NCBI GenBank assembly: GCA_016840035.1
Contig: JAEOTC010000121.1
Coordinates: 69,591-133,590 of the forward strand
Origin: Candidatus Hodarchaeota archaeon
GTDB taxonomy: Archaea > Asgardarchaeota > Heimdallarchaeia > Hodarchaeales > Hodarchaeaceae
DNA length: 64,000 bases
Reading direction: 5' to 3'
Shown here: piece by piece, positions 9,717-19,488 of the stretch
How the letters are laid out: each line of letters opens with the position of its first letter
Position numbering within the stretch: position 1 is the stretch's first letter
Position numbers and translations under genes: made by a program
The notes under the pieces: model-generated
Databases searched by the model: none
What the model saw: the letters and a program-made list of their open reading frames with translations, nothing else
What the model was told of the DNA's origin: nothing

Positions 9717-11576
9717 TTGAGGCCAATTAAATTGACACATGACTCCGCTAGTACTAGTCCACTCTATCTTTCCCAACGTTGGTACACACGCGGATACAAG
9801 TGGTGGCTCTTAGGACATGTTCTGAAGCATCGGTGGAAGATTTTAGTTATTTCAGTAACTACGGTAGTGGGTATTTTTCTTCAAACCTTGATCCCCTTTA
9901 TCCTTGGATATGTGTTTGCGACTATTCCCTCTGGAGATTTGAGCTTAATTTTAAGTGCAGGAACTCTTGTAATTGCTATTGGACTCATGAAACTTGTCAC
10001 AAACTCAATCGCGGCTGCTCTCAATGAAATCATTGCGCAATATGTCGAAATGCAAATCCGAATTGAATTTTATCATAATTTAGAAACCAAATCCATGAGC
10101 TTTCATGATTCGACAAGAGCAGGGGATTTGATTCAAATGGCGACTGGGGATACTCGTCAAATCAATGCATCGATCTCTCCTGGAGTTCGAATAACGGTAA
10201 CTACTATATCGACCTTACTCTTTACATGGATTGCCATGTTCATTGCCTCCCAGACACTTTCATTGGTATTTTTACTCACTCTTCCCCTATATATTTTCTT
10301 CTTGACAAGATTTGGACGAAAACTCCATCCCCTCTCCAAAAAGCGTCAAGCGATTGTCGCTCGTATGAACGCAGAATTACAAGAGAACCTGACAGGGGTC
10401 CGAGTGGTTAGAACGTTTTCTGTTCAAGATCAAGAAATTAAGAAATTTCAGGACACTCTTGAAGATTTAGAAGATATCCTCAAGGTCCGTGGAGTAACTT
10501 CTGCATTTTACATCCCTAGCCTAATTTTAGGAATTACTACGGCATTGATATTTATAGCAGGAGTATACCTCATTGACATCACATTGGCAGGAGCAACTAA
10601 TATCAGTATTTTTGGTTTTTCTATGTATGTTCAAACAGTTGGCATGGCAGAACTAATTACGTTCCTAGGGCTTACAAGTATCCTAGCAATGCCAACCATG
10701 TTCCTTCGTTGGATCTTAGATATGACATTATTAGGTTTTGCGGGAGCCGCACGAATATTTAACGTGGTAATTCATGACAATGTAATTGAAACGGGAGATT
10801 ATATACCGGAAAAAACCGCTCAGGGTCACATCGAGTTTAGAGATGTCTCTTTCTCATATACAGAGGATAGTCCATCCGTTCTCAGTAATATTTCTTTAAC
10901 CATTAATCCAGGAGAGACTGTAGCGATCATTGGACCCACGGGATGTGGAAAGACCACAGTAGGAAAAATGATTTACCGGTTATATGATGTAACGAAAGGA
11001 GCTGTATTCATAGACGGGGTAGATGCAAAAAAGTGGGATGTAAAGACTCTACGTCGTCTTGTTGGTGTAATTGAACAGGATACATTTCTTTTTTCAACAT
11101 CGATAAGAAATAACATTACCTATGGCAAGGATAATGCAACAAATGAGGAAATAATGGCTGCAGCAATTGCAGCCCAAGCACACGATTTTATAGAAGATTT
11201 TCCTGAAGGATATGATACTCTTGTAGGAGAAAGAGGAGTCACACTTAGTGGTGGTCAACGTCAACGAATAGCGATGGCCCGTGGATTCCTTGCTGATCCC
11301 AGGATACTTATCATGGATGATGCCACATCAGCGGTTGATGCTGCCACTGAAGCCCGAATCCAACAAGCAATAGCAAATATTCAGAAAGGACGAACAACTA
11401 TCATTATTACACACCGATTAGCAACATTAAAAACTGCAAATAAGATTATATTCATGGAAAAAGGGAATATTGTACGTGTTGGAACACATGCGGATTTAAT
11501 AACAAGTTTTGCCCCCTATAGACGAATCTTTAAACGATACATGACCTTACCACCATTGGTAATAGAAGGAAATTAA
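9717..11576 (+). CDS. ABC exporter, fused TMD-NBD, subunit 1 of a heterodimer
   Basis: TMD plus GPTGCGKT, LSGGQRQR and a degenerate Walker B ILIMDD. Confidence 0.95.
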   Translation: MRPIKLTHDSASTSPLYLSQRWYTRGYKWWLLGHVLKHRWKILVISVTTVVGIFLQTLIPFILGYVFATIPSGDLSLILSAGTLVIAIGLMKLVTNSIAAALNEIIAQYVEMQIRIEFYHNLETKSMSFHDSTRAGDLIQMATGDTRQINASISPGVRITVTTISTLLFTWIAMFIASQTLSLVFLLTLPLYIFFLTRFGRKLHPLSKKRQAIVARMNAELQENLTGVRVVRTFSVQDQEIKKFQDTLEDLEDILKVRGVTSAFYIPSLILGITTALIFIAGVYLIDITLAGATNISIFGFSMYVQTVGMAELITFLGLTSILAMPTMFLRWILDMTLLGFAGAARIFNVVIHDNVIETGDYIPEKTAQGHIEFRDVSFSYTEDSPSVLSNISLTINPGETVAIIGPTGCGKTTVGKMIYRLYDVTKGAVFIDGVDAKKWDVKTLRRLVGVIEQDTFLFSTSIRNNITYGKDNATNEEIMAAAIAAQAHDFIEDFPEGYDTLVGERGVTLSGGQRQRIAMARGFLADPRILIMDDATSAVDAATEARIQQAIANIQKGRTTIIITHRLATLKTANKIIFMEKGNIVRVGTHADLITSFAPYRRIFKRYMTLPPLVIEGN

Positions 11577-11577
11577 A

Positions 11578-13365
11578 ATGTCGTTCAGTAGTGCACAAAA
11601 GAGTGATTATGACCAAGATTATTCTATTGGTGATATTCTATCTCGTTTATGGGCATTTGCAGTTACTGAAAAGATGAGATTACTTCTTGTACTTGCACTT
11701 TTTATGTTAAATACAGTAATTAGTATTATTGTACCCTTATTTCTCAGAGAAGCGATCAATGAGCTGAACAAGGGAGAAACGAATTTTGAATATGTCCAAT
11801 TACTAGGATGGGGGAATTTAATTGGTACTATTACTCTGTGGATAGCATTCTATCTGATTATTCGGTCAGAATGGGCAATTATCGCCAAAACGGTAACTAC
11901 ACTGAGGTTACGTATGTTCATTCAACTCCAAGCGCATGACTTATCATTTTATGACAAAAGTAAGACAGGTCGTATCATGAGTCGTGTCGTGAATGATGCC
12001 TGGGAACTTGGCAATTTTATGCTTATTTTCGTAGAACTATTGGCAAATCTCATTACTATTGTAGGAATGATTGGAATTCTATTTTATATTCATTCTGTTT
12101 TGACTTTAACTTTATTCATGATTGCTCCGATAATATTTGCCGCTACTATTGGATTAGGCTTTTTATTAATGCGGTTTAATCGTGTTTGTAGACGAACTGT
12201 TGGAGCTGTGAATGGAGCGACTCAGGAAAGTATTGCAGGAATAATGGTTACAAAGAGCTTTGCTCGTGAGGCTCAAAATATTGAAGAATTTATGGAATTG
12301 AACAATGATAACTTACGTGCAAACATCAAACGTTCCCTCGTATTCTCCACCATGTTCCCAATCCTAGAATTTGTCTCTACATTAATTTATTTCTTGATTA
12401 TCACAGCGGGGGGTGGGTATGTCATAAAAAATTCCATTACTTTGGGAGACTTATGGTTATTCTATAGCTATTCCCTTCTCTTGATTCAACCGTTGATAAG
12501 CTTTTCACAACAAATTGCTCAATTCCAAATAGGCCGAGCTGCCGCAGAACGAATTTTTTCTTTGATTGAAGTTCCGAGTGAAATGAAATGGGGGAATATT
12601 ATCCCAGGAGCTGACGTTAAAGGACATATTGAATTTAAGGATGTAACTTTTGGTTATTCAAAGGATGAGCCCCCTTTATTCTCACATTTAAATATAACAA
12701 TTCCTGAAGGACAAAATATCGCCTTAGTTGGACATACTGGATCAGGAAAAACCTCCTTTATATCCTTACTAGCACGTTTTTATGAGTTTCAAGCAGGCGA
12801 TATATATTTAGATGGTTATTCAATAAAAGCATATGATATCGACGCTTATCGTAGTACGCTAGGTATCGTACTACAGGATCCATTTTTATTTAGTGGATCG
12901 ATTGAGGAAAACATTAGGTATGGATCTCACAAGGAAATTGATGCAGAAACACTTCAATCAGCAATCATGTCAACTCACGTTATAGATTTTGTAGAGTTTT
13001 TACCTGAAGGATTACAAACTGATGTTGGTGAAAGAGGAGCAAAAGTCTCCCTAGGTCAAAGACAGCTAATTTCGTTTGCTCGTGCCTTAGTGGCTGACCC
13101 TAAAATCTTAATTCTTGACGAGGCTACTGCCTCAGTGGATGCTTATACAGAAAGCTTAATTCAGGATGGTATTGACAATCTATTCGAGGGTAGAACGAGT
13201 ATTGTAGTTGCACATAGACTTTCGACAATAATTTCCGCCGATCGAATTTTAGTTTTTAATCAGGGTGAGATTATTGGTGATGGTACTCATGAAGAGCTAA
13301 TGGCAAATAATGACGTGTATCGCGATTTATACTCTCGGTATTACGAGTTTCAGGGGAGAGTATGA
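11578..13365 (+). CDS. ABC exporter, fused TMD-NBD, subunit 2 of a heterodimer
   Basis: GHTGSGKT, VSLGQRQ, ILILDEAT, AHRL. Confidence 0.95.
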   Translation: MSFSSAQKSDYDQDYSIGDILSRLWAFAVTEKMRLLLVLALFMLNTVISIIVPLFLREAINELNKGETNFEYVQLLGWGNLIGTITLWIAFYLIIRSEWAIIAKTVTTLRLRMFIQLQAHDLSFYDKSKTGRIMSRVVNDAWELGNFMLIFVELLANLITIVGMIGILFYIHSVLTLTLFMIAPIIFAATIGLGFLLMRFNRVCRRTVGAVNGATQESIAGIMVTKSFAREAQNIEEFMELNNDNLRANIKRSLVFSTMFPILEFVSTLIYFLIITAGGGYVIKNSITLGDLWLFYSYSLLLIQPLISFSQQIAQFQIGRAAAERIFSLIEVPSEMKWGNIIPGADVKGHIEFKDVTFGYSKDEPPLFSHLNITIPEGQNIALVGHTGSGKTSFISLLARFYEFQAGDIYLDGYSIKAYDIDAYRSTLGIVLQDPFLFSGSIEENIRYGSHKEIDAETLQSAIMSTHVIDFVEFLPEGLQTDVGERGAKVSLGQRQLISFARALVADPKILILDEATASVDAYTESLIQDGIDNLFEGRTSIVVAHRLSTIISADRILVFNQGEIIGDGTHEELMANNDVYRDLYSRYYEFQGRV

Positions 13366-14330
13366 AGTTCTTTGAGGATAATGACTTTTTTCTTAAAGTC
13401 AGATCTATTGGTCCTTATTTATCGTTACTCAGTGCTGCAGTATTATGGGGAACTACCTATCCGATAGTTAAAATAGGTTTGTCTGTTCTCTCACCACCCC
13501 TTCCTCCTCTAGGCTATTTGTTTCTGCGGTTTACAGTTGCTTTACTTGTACTGATTCCTATTTTACCGATGATAACTTCATTAGATAACATCAAGTCTCT
13601 ATTATCGAATAATCTTATAATTTTACTAGGAATTGTAAATGGAGGGTCGTACATATTACAATTCTTAGGCCAAAAAGGGACAACTGCTGGAATGGCAACC
13701 TTGATGATTAATACATACTTGATCTCGACCCCGATTTTAGCAAGCTTATACTTGAACTTGAAAATAACACGTAAATTAAGAATTTCAATCTTTCTGGGAA
13801 TTTTAGGAGTAACAATTTCAGCCCTTAGTGTTATTGCTGCTGATGTCCCTCCTGGAAATATCCCATATTTTCTGATAAACACGACTGTTGTTTTATTTTC
13901 TGGTCTGATTTGGGGTGGCTATTCCGTTATTTCAAATGAGTTCTTTCGTGTAACCAGAAAACGTCCATTAGAAACTTCATTCCATCCAATCACAGTATTT
14001 TTTGTGTCAAACGCGTATTCTGTAATTTTAATAGGTGTAAGCATGCTTATACTCCAACAAACTCCCGATTTTCTCAATTTATCACTCAAAGGATGGACTT
14101 CAATTCTTTATCTTGGGATTGCTTGTACTTCAACAACGTATATCCTATATATCTACGCATCTAAATCCGTATCTCCTGCCGTTCTTAATGTGATCTTGTT
14201 ATTAAACGTAATTATTGGACTAATCCTATCCAGACTACTATTAGGGGACAATTTTTCAGTTTTTATGATACTTGGTAGCATAATAATTCTTCTAGCAATC
14301 TACTTGGCAAGTGGAACAGAAAAATCGTAA
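13362..14330 (+). CDS. DMT/EamA family transporter
   Basis: About 10 TM helices with duplicated LWG..Y motifs; ATGA overlap with the upstream gene. Confidence 0.9.
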   Translation: MKFFEDNDFFLKVRSIGPYLSLLSAAVLWGTTYPIVKIGLSVLSPPLPPLGYLFLRFTVALLVLIPILPMITSLDNIKSLLSNNLIILLGIVNGGSYILQFLGQKGTTAGMATLMINTYLISTPILASLYLNLKITRKLRISIFLGILGVTISALSVIAADVPPGNIPYFLINTTVVLFSGLIWGGYSVISNEFFRVTRKRPLETSFHPITVFFVSNAYSVILIGVSMLILQQTPDFLNLSLKGWTSILYLGIACTSTTYILYIYASKSVSPAVLNVILLLNVIIGLILSRLLLGDNFSVFMILGSIIILLAIYLASGTEKS

Positions 14331-14407
14331 CTGTATAATCCAAGTTAGAGGGAAGACAAATAGGACCTCAACTCATGGAAAAATATAAATAAAGCGACTT
14401 ATGTTTA

Positions 14408-14442
14408 TAATGTCAGACATTATTATTTATCGTCTGACATTA
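14408..14442. promoter_or_regulatory. Inverted-repeat operator candidate upstream of the RHH-like gene
   Basis: Perfect 11-bp inverted repeat TAATGTCAGAC (14408-14418) / GTCTGACATTA (14432-14442), downstream of TATA-like AAATATAAAT at 14381-14390. Confidence 0.55.
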
Positions 14443-14460
14443 AATCTCCTGGTTATCAAG

Positions 14461-14739
14461 ATGCCACGAAAAAGTTTATCGAAGGGTGAATCCGCACGAT
14501 TAACCATTCGAATCTCAAGTGAAGTTGAACAGATCCTATCGCTAGTTAATCAAAAACGAAAATCTCTTTTCGTTCGTGATGCGATTCTTTATTATGCCAA
14601 GTATGGAAATAGTCCTGATCTGAGTCCCAAGACATATAGTGATCTACCCTCAAAAAAGTATGCAGATTCTATTGAAGAAAAAGGTAGCCCAGACTCTGCT
14701 CCTGTTGTAATCGTAAATAAACCTGCTTGGCAAAGATAA
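14461..14739 (+). CDS. Small ribbon-helix-helix-like DNA-binding protein
   Basis: RLTIRISSEVEQIL...KSLFVRDAILYY beta-helix-helix pattern; ATG at 14461 preferred. Confidence 0.6.
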   Translation: MPRKSLSKGESARLTIRISSEVEQILSLVNQKRKSLFVRDAILYYAKYGNSPDLSPKTYSDLPSKKYADSIEEKGSPDSAPVVIVNKPAWQR

Positions 14740-14760
14740 AAAATGATAGAGAAGAAGTTC

Positions 14761-16710
14761 TCAATAATCCCAGAAATACTTTCGATAGAACTCTTCAATT
14801 TTCTCAGGTCCTGGGATTTTCATATTATCCCAGACATAGATAATTTCTTCCAGTTCTTTTTCGCAGGTTTGTCCTTTGAATAATTTTTTTAGGAAAGCAC
14901 CACGTTCTTTGATGTCACGTTTAACGAAGGCAAGGTATTCTTTTTCACTATAGTAGCGAAGACGGTTAAACATCCGACCAAATCGTTTCATTTCCCACTT
15001 ATTTTCAAGTTCACTCGGTTGTGGTAACATGATTCGTTCTCCAAAGATAGGATGGGGTAACCAACTCTCAATTTTCCGATGTTCGGCTAAATCGAGAAGT
15101 TTCTTGGAATGTGGGACACGAATTTTCTTCCCTTGGCCTTGGTAAACTATCTCGCCTAGTTCGTTTCGTAGAATTTTTCCTGTATTCCGGTCAATCTTGG
15201 GAATAAAATCCCCATTTTCATCAGTTAGTCGAATTTGATTACCGTTCAGGTCGTGTTCACCAATTGCTCCCGTATTAATAACAATAAAAGCTAGCTTTCC
15301 ATCGGGACCTAGACCCAAATCTCTATACATTTCCCATTTTAATAGTGCTTGATGACAATGCTCTCGTGCCATAAAATCAGTAGCAGAGTAACTACGCACG
15401 CGTGTACCTGGTTTTTGAGCCGCAATGGCTGAAGTAATAATTGATTCGACCCCACTGTCTAGTGCCACTGCAACAATAGGATCAACAACTCGAAACATTG
15501 GATGCATATAGTCAAATCGTTTCATAGAAAGAACAACGGTTTTCAAATAGCGTGGTTCTTTACTCTTTCCCCAGTCAGGATTTAATTCTGAAAATAAGAA
15601 GATAAAGCGTCCATTGGTGGTGCCAGAACTATGATATCGAGTACATAATAGGGAACCAGGTTCCTTTCCTTCATCCGTTACAGGAATTTTTACTGTATAA
15701 CCATTGATTTTTTTTAGTTTATAGCTCACATTTTCACAATCTATGTTCATGGCTAGGACAACGGGATGTTCTCCATTCTCATCAACTTCTTTAGATTTCA
15801 TTAGACCTGGCCATTCAGGGCATAAAGGACCAAGGTTTTGTGATTTTGCAAAAGAACCCGCTTCTAATCCAATTAATTGGACTTTTTCGATTTTATTGGT
15901 TTCAGGGTTTCGAATGATCTTCCCGATGCACGCATCATCTTGTTCAAGTTCTGGTCCGACCGTTAATGTAGTTTTCCCAGTACCAGATAGGCCTTTAAGA
16001 ACTCTATCTGATGTCATTCCTGCATGATACGAAATAAAACCATCTGATTCCGCTTTATTCCAAACCATGGTTAGGTGAGGTTTCTTATACGCACCACCAA
16101 AATAATCTACTCGTAGACTGATGACCCGACGTTTATTTTGATCCATTTCCGTAAAATCATATAAGGTAATTGGCTCATTCGGATCAAAGTTTGGCCAAAA
16201 CTCTCGAATTTCGTTTACATATCGTAATGGCAATCGTTCTTGGACAATAAAGTTCCAACAATCGATATTTTGGTTTTCTTTTGGTGGAAATACCATTAAT
16301 TTCCCAAACCAGCCGATATAAGCGGAATGGGGGTTCTTTACACTAATTGCTACTCGAAGGCCAATTTCGTATCCATGTTCTCCTTGAATTCCCTCCTGAA
16401 CAATTATGGGTACTTTTTCCTCTCTAAGGTATCTAAGGACAACATCATATAATTTTTTCCCTCTTTCTCTATCAAAAGCTCTTTGTCCCTGTCCTAAACG
16501 GTATCCTTCTGGTACCATGTAGTAGGCCCGATCAGGACGTCTTCCAGGTTGAGTAGATCCGAAAAGATATTGATGGTCTTTAGTATGAACATAATATCTT
16601 CGTAAAAAGATCCTAAACCAATCATGGTCAGGATTCTTAACAATCAGACTGTCTTTTGAAATCTGACAATCGTAACCAATATCGATAATGGCCTCAGTCA
16701 CATCTTCCAT
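14761..16710 (-). CDS. Divergent phosphoenolpyruvate carboxykinase (ATP)-like protein
   Basis: YFGGAYKK, YHAG, kinase-1a GLSGTGKTTL, EQDD, EAGSFAK, TTNGR and INTG motifs. Confidence 0.75.
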   Translation of the reverse strand: MEDVTEAIIDIGYDCQISKDSLIVKNPDHDWFRIFLRRYYVHTKDHQYLFGSTQPGRRPDRAYYMVPEGYRLGQGQRAFDRERGKKLYDVVLRYLREEKVPIIVQEGIQGEHGYEIGLRVAISVKNPHSAYIGWFGKLMVFPPKENQNIDCWNFIVQERLPLRYVNEIREFWPNFDPNEPITLYDFTEMDQNKRRVISLRVDYFGGAYKKPHLTMVWNKAESDGFISYHAGMTSDRVLKGLSGTGKTTLTVGPELEQDDACIGKIIRNPETNKIEKVQLIGLEAGSFAKSQNLGPLCPEWPGLMKSKEVDENGEHPVVLAMNIDCENVSYKLKKINGYTVKIPVTDEGKEPGSLLCTRYHSSGTTNGRFIFLFSELNPDWGKSKEPRYLKTVVLSMKRFDYMHPMFRVVDPIVAVALDSGVESIITSAIAAQKPGTRVRSYSATDFMAREHCHQALLKWEMYRDLGLGPDGKLAFIVINTGAIGEHDLNGNQIRLTDENGDFIPKIDRNTGKILRNELGEIVYQGQGKKIRVPHSKKLLDLAEHRKIESWLPHPIFGERIMLPQPSELENKWEMKRFGRMFNRLRYYSEKEYLAFVKRDIKERGAFLKKLFKGQTCEKELEEIIYVWDNMKIPGPEKIEEFYRKYFWDY

Positions 16711-16740
16711 CTCTAATGGGTGAGTAATATACTATGTCAA

Positions 16741-16869
16741 TTAATTTCGAATTGACTGTATGGAGTCGGCGATTTTATTGGGTTTTTTATTTCTATTGTA
16801 ATAAATTACAGCAAATTCAGCTTCAAATTGGAAATATATATCAGCAGGAAGATCTTTGGATAATAACAT
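16741..16869 (-). other. 42-codon upstream ORF in frame with the PEPCK-like gene (possible separated N-terminus)
   Basis: MLLSKDLPADIYFQFEAEFAVIYYNRNKKPNKIADSIQSIRN*LT*YITHPLE-MEDV reads in a single frame. Confidence 0.5.
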
Positions 16870-16943
16870 AGGTTATATCAGTAATACTCAATTACAGATA
16901 TGGTACTTGATAATTATATAATCCGCTCAAGAGATCATTATAA

Positions 16944-17612
16944 GTGAGAGGAAAAGGGTCAAACATACCTGAGGAAGAATACATCGTGTCACGAGCAAAA
17001 ATGGACTTTGCTGAGGGAGTATTCCGTACAAATTTCAAGGTATGTGTGATTGGTGATGGAGGAGTAGGAAAAACCGCCCTTATCCAGCATTTATTGGGGA
17101 AAGAATTTTCCAGTAATTATTTACTGACCATTGGAACTGACATTTCCACCTTTCAGCTGGAACACAATGGTAAAATACTGAGTCTCCAGCTATGGGATCT
17201 TGCGGGACAATCACGGTTTGATGTCATTCGGAATATGTATTTTAGCGGTGCACGTGCCGGCGTACTTGTATTTGATCTTACAAGACAAAATTCGTTACAA
17301 TCATTGTCAAAATGGAAGGATGAGATTTTTACATACTCTGACAGAAAAATTCCAATCCTTCTTCTCGGAAATAAATCTGACCTTAAAGACTCTCATTTTC
17401 CCTTTCTTGAAATGGTTGAAGGATTAAAAAACGAAATCGAACAGGAATACAATATAGTTTATGAAAATAACCAGATCACCGTTCCATTTTTTCCCACTTC
17501 AGCAAAAACTGGTGAAAACGTTATCGAAGCATTTGAAGCTTTAGGGCAGGAACTACTTACTTACCAAAAGCAATTTACAATACTACAGAAGAAATCTCAA
17601 GAAGATTCGTAA
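16944..17612 (+). CDS. Rab-like small GTPase
   Basis: GDGGVGKT, YLLTIGTD, WDLAGQ, GNKSDL, TSAKTG; no C-terminal Cys; true start may be ATG at 17001. Confidence 0.92.
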   Translation: MRGKGSNIPEEEYIVSRAKMDFAEGVFRTNFKVCVIGDGGVGKTALIQHLLGKEFSSNYLLTIGTDISTFQLEHNGKILSLQLWDLAGQSRFDVIRNMYFSGARAGVLVFDLTRQNSLQSLSKWKDEIFTYSDRKIPILLLGNKSDLKDSHFPFLEMVEGLKNEIEQEYNIVYENNQITVPFFPTSAKTGENVIEAFEALGQELLTYQKQFTILQKKSQEDS

Positions 17613-17634
17613 AGTCATTTACCTAATTATGTCT

Positions 17635-18462
17635 TTAGAAGTATTCCTTCATTTTAGACAAGTGTAGACTTGCTAAATCCAAGGAAATCGGGGAAACAGT
17701 GATTTCTTTCTCATGGATTAAGACATAACTATCCGTCTCTTTCGGGAGATCATCTTGAACTTCACCCCACAACCAATAAACTGGAATTTCTCGTGGATCC
17801 AACGCTTCAATAGCTTCGTCAATATACTTTACTGGACAAAGTTTAACAACTCTAATATTTGTTGTTAAATCGACACTATTTGGGAAGTTGATATTGAGAA
17901 TGTTTACTGGTTTCGGGAGTGGATGAGATATAAGATGTGAAATAATTTCTTTAGCACGAATGGCCGCAATTTTGAATATTGAAGAAGAGTTCTGGGTTTT
18001 TTCGAAGAGCTCATTTTCAGGTAGTTCCAAAGAAAAGGCTAGAGAGGTAATTCCTAGAATTCCTCCCTCTAATGCCGCTGCACATGTGCCTGAAGTAAAA
18101 ATCGCGTGAATAGAGGTGTTATCGCCGTGATTTATCCCACTCAAAATAAAATCAGGTTTTTTATCGAAATGTTTTTTACATAATTTTTGACCGATTATAA
18201 CGCTATCTGCTGGAGTTCCATTGACAGAATATGCCAAAATCTCTAGTTCGGGTAAAAAATCTTCTTCCCGATGAATCCTAACTGGTCGAGTATAGGTTAC
18301 TGATTTACCTTTTCCAGATTGTTGGGTTGAGGGAGCGATTACAATTACTTTCCCTAAACTGCTTATTTGAATAGCTAATTCTTTTAAACCGACGGCATCT
18401 ACCCCATCATCATTTGTTAATAGAAAAAGCAGATTTTTACTCTCCTTCAAGCAAAAAACCAA
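17635..18462 (-). CDS. surE: 5'/3'-nucleotidase SurE
   Basis: LLTNDDG, GTPADSV, SGINHGDN, SGT. Confidence 0.95.
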   Translation of the reverse strand: MVFCLKESKNLLFLLTNDDGVDAVGLKELAIQISSLGKVIVIAPSTQQSGKGKSVTYTRPVRIHREEDFLPELEILAYSVNGTPADSVIIGQKLCKKHFDKKPDFILSGINHGDNTSIHAIFTSGTCAAALEGGILGITSLAFSLELPENELFEKTQNSSSIFKIAAIRAKEIISHLISHPLPKPVNILNINFPNSVDLTTNIRVVKLCPVKYIDEAIEALDPREIPVYWLWGEVQDDLPKETDSYVLIHEKEITVSPISLDLASLHLSKMKEYF

Positions 18463-18471
18463 GATTTTTTC

Positions 18472-19383
18472 TTATTTATTAATTTCTAATGAATAGAGGG
18501 AATAATTTTCAGAAATTGAGGGTTCAAACTTTAATAGTGTATTAGCAATCGTACTGCCTTCATCGGTACTTAGATGTAAAGGATACTTAGACCAACCTGC
18601 TTTGATGCATTCTTTGGCAATTTCTGGAAGTAAAAGTGACCATGTATCCTCAAAACCAGGACGAGTCGCCGTAAATCGTAAAAAAAGATAGGGCTCTTCA
18701 CTAGAAGGACGATCTAACAATGGAGCACTCGCACTAAGATCCTGTTTTCCATCCGAGACAATTATACAGTGGCCATCTTTAAGTACTTTATTCTTGAAGT
18801 AGTCCTGGAAGAACTCTTCTGTTAGACCTGCTTCATGCAATTCTTTATCAGCTCTACCAAGCTCAATAAGTGATTCAATATCAATTTCTGTTGCAAGACG
18901 AGATGTATAGATCGAGGAAACATCAGAGGTTCGTTTACTGAGTTTTTCAATATCGAAACTATAATCTAAACCTTTGACTTTGAGTTTAAAACCCTGTATT
19001 GTAAAAAACTCTTTTACTTTAGGCCACTTATGGTTAATCCAGTATTGAATTTCCTTAGGTCTTCGTGATTTTATATGCGCTAGCATATCCGAGAAGAGTT
19101 TATTCTGTATTTCTGGAGGACAATCCGTCGTTGCCCAAGGGTAGCCTAAGTAATAGATAGTAGTTGAGACTTGAGAAGCCTGAATATAAGCTAAGGGTTT
19201 ATTATCTGCAGTAAAAGCATAACGTATCAAGCGAGGATCTTTTGAATTTTTGAGGATTTTTTTTTCGATATCTTCTGCGCTAACATTGCTCCCAGTATTA
19301 CTGTTAAATAAATCAGCTTGAATTTTTTCAAAACCTTTTCCTGACTCATAGAACTTATATTCCACTTTTTCCATACTTATCAC
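18472..19383 (-). CDS. Hypothetical protein, possible tandem GNAT-like fold
   Basis: Two alpha/beta halves with GNAT-like patterns (LAYIQA; FFTIQGF). Confidence 0.55.
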   Translation of the reverse strand: MISMEKVEYKFYESGKGFEKIQADLFNSNTGSNVSAEDIEKKILKNSKDPRLIRYAFTADNKPLAYIQASQVSTTIYYLGYPWATTDCPPEIQNKLFSDMLAHIKSRRPKEIQYWINHKWPKVKEFFTIQGFKLKVKGLDYSFDIEKLSKRTSDVSSIYTSRLATEIDIESLIELGRADKELHEAGLTEEFFQDYFKNKVLKDGHCIIVSDGKQDLSASAPLLDRPSSEEPYLFLRFTATRPGFEDTWSLLLPEIAKECIKAGWSKYPLHLSTDEGSTIANTLLKFEPSISENYSLYSLEINK

Positions 19384-19488
19384 TCTGGGAGTAAATTCAC
19401 TAACTATGAGGGGTAATTTTTTTTTCTTTTTTAATGTACCTCTGAAGGCAAGAGCAAAGGAGGATTCTTCATATGATCTCTGATGATA

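Noticed and set aside
9280-16743. Stop-codon reassignment (pyrrolysine or alternative code) suggested by in-frame TAG/TAA
   Set aside because: TAA, TAG and TGA all terminate normal full-length genes in this window, and no pyl or sel genes are seen.
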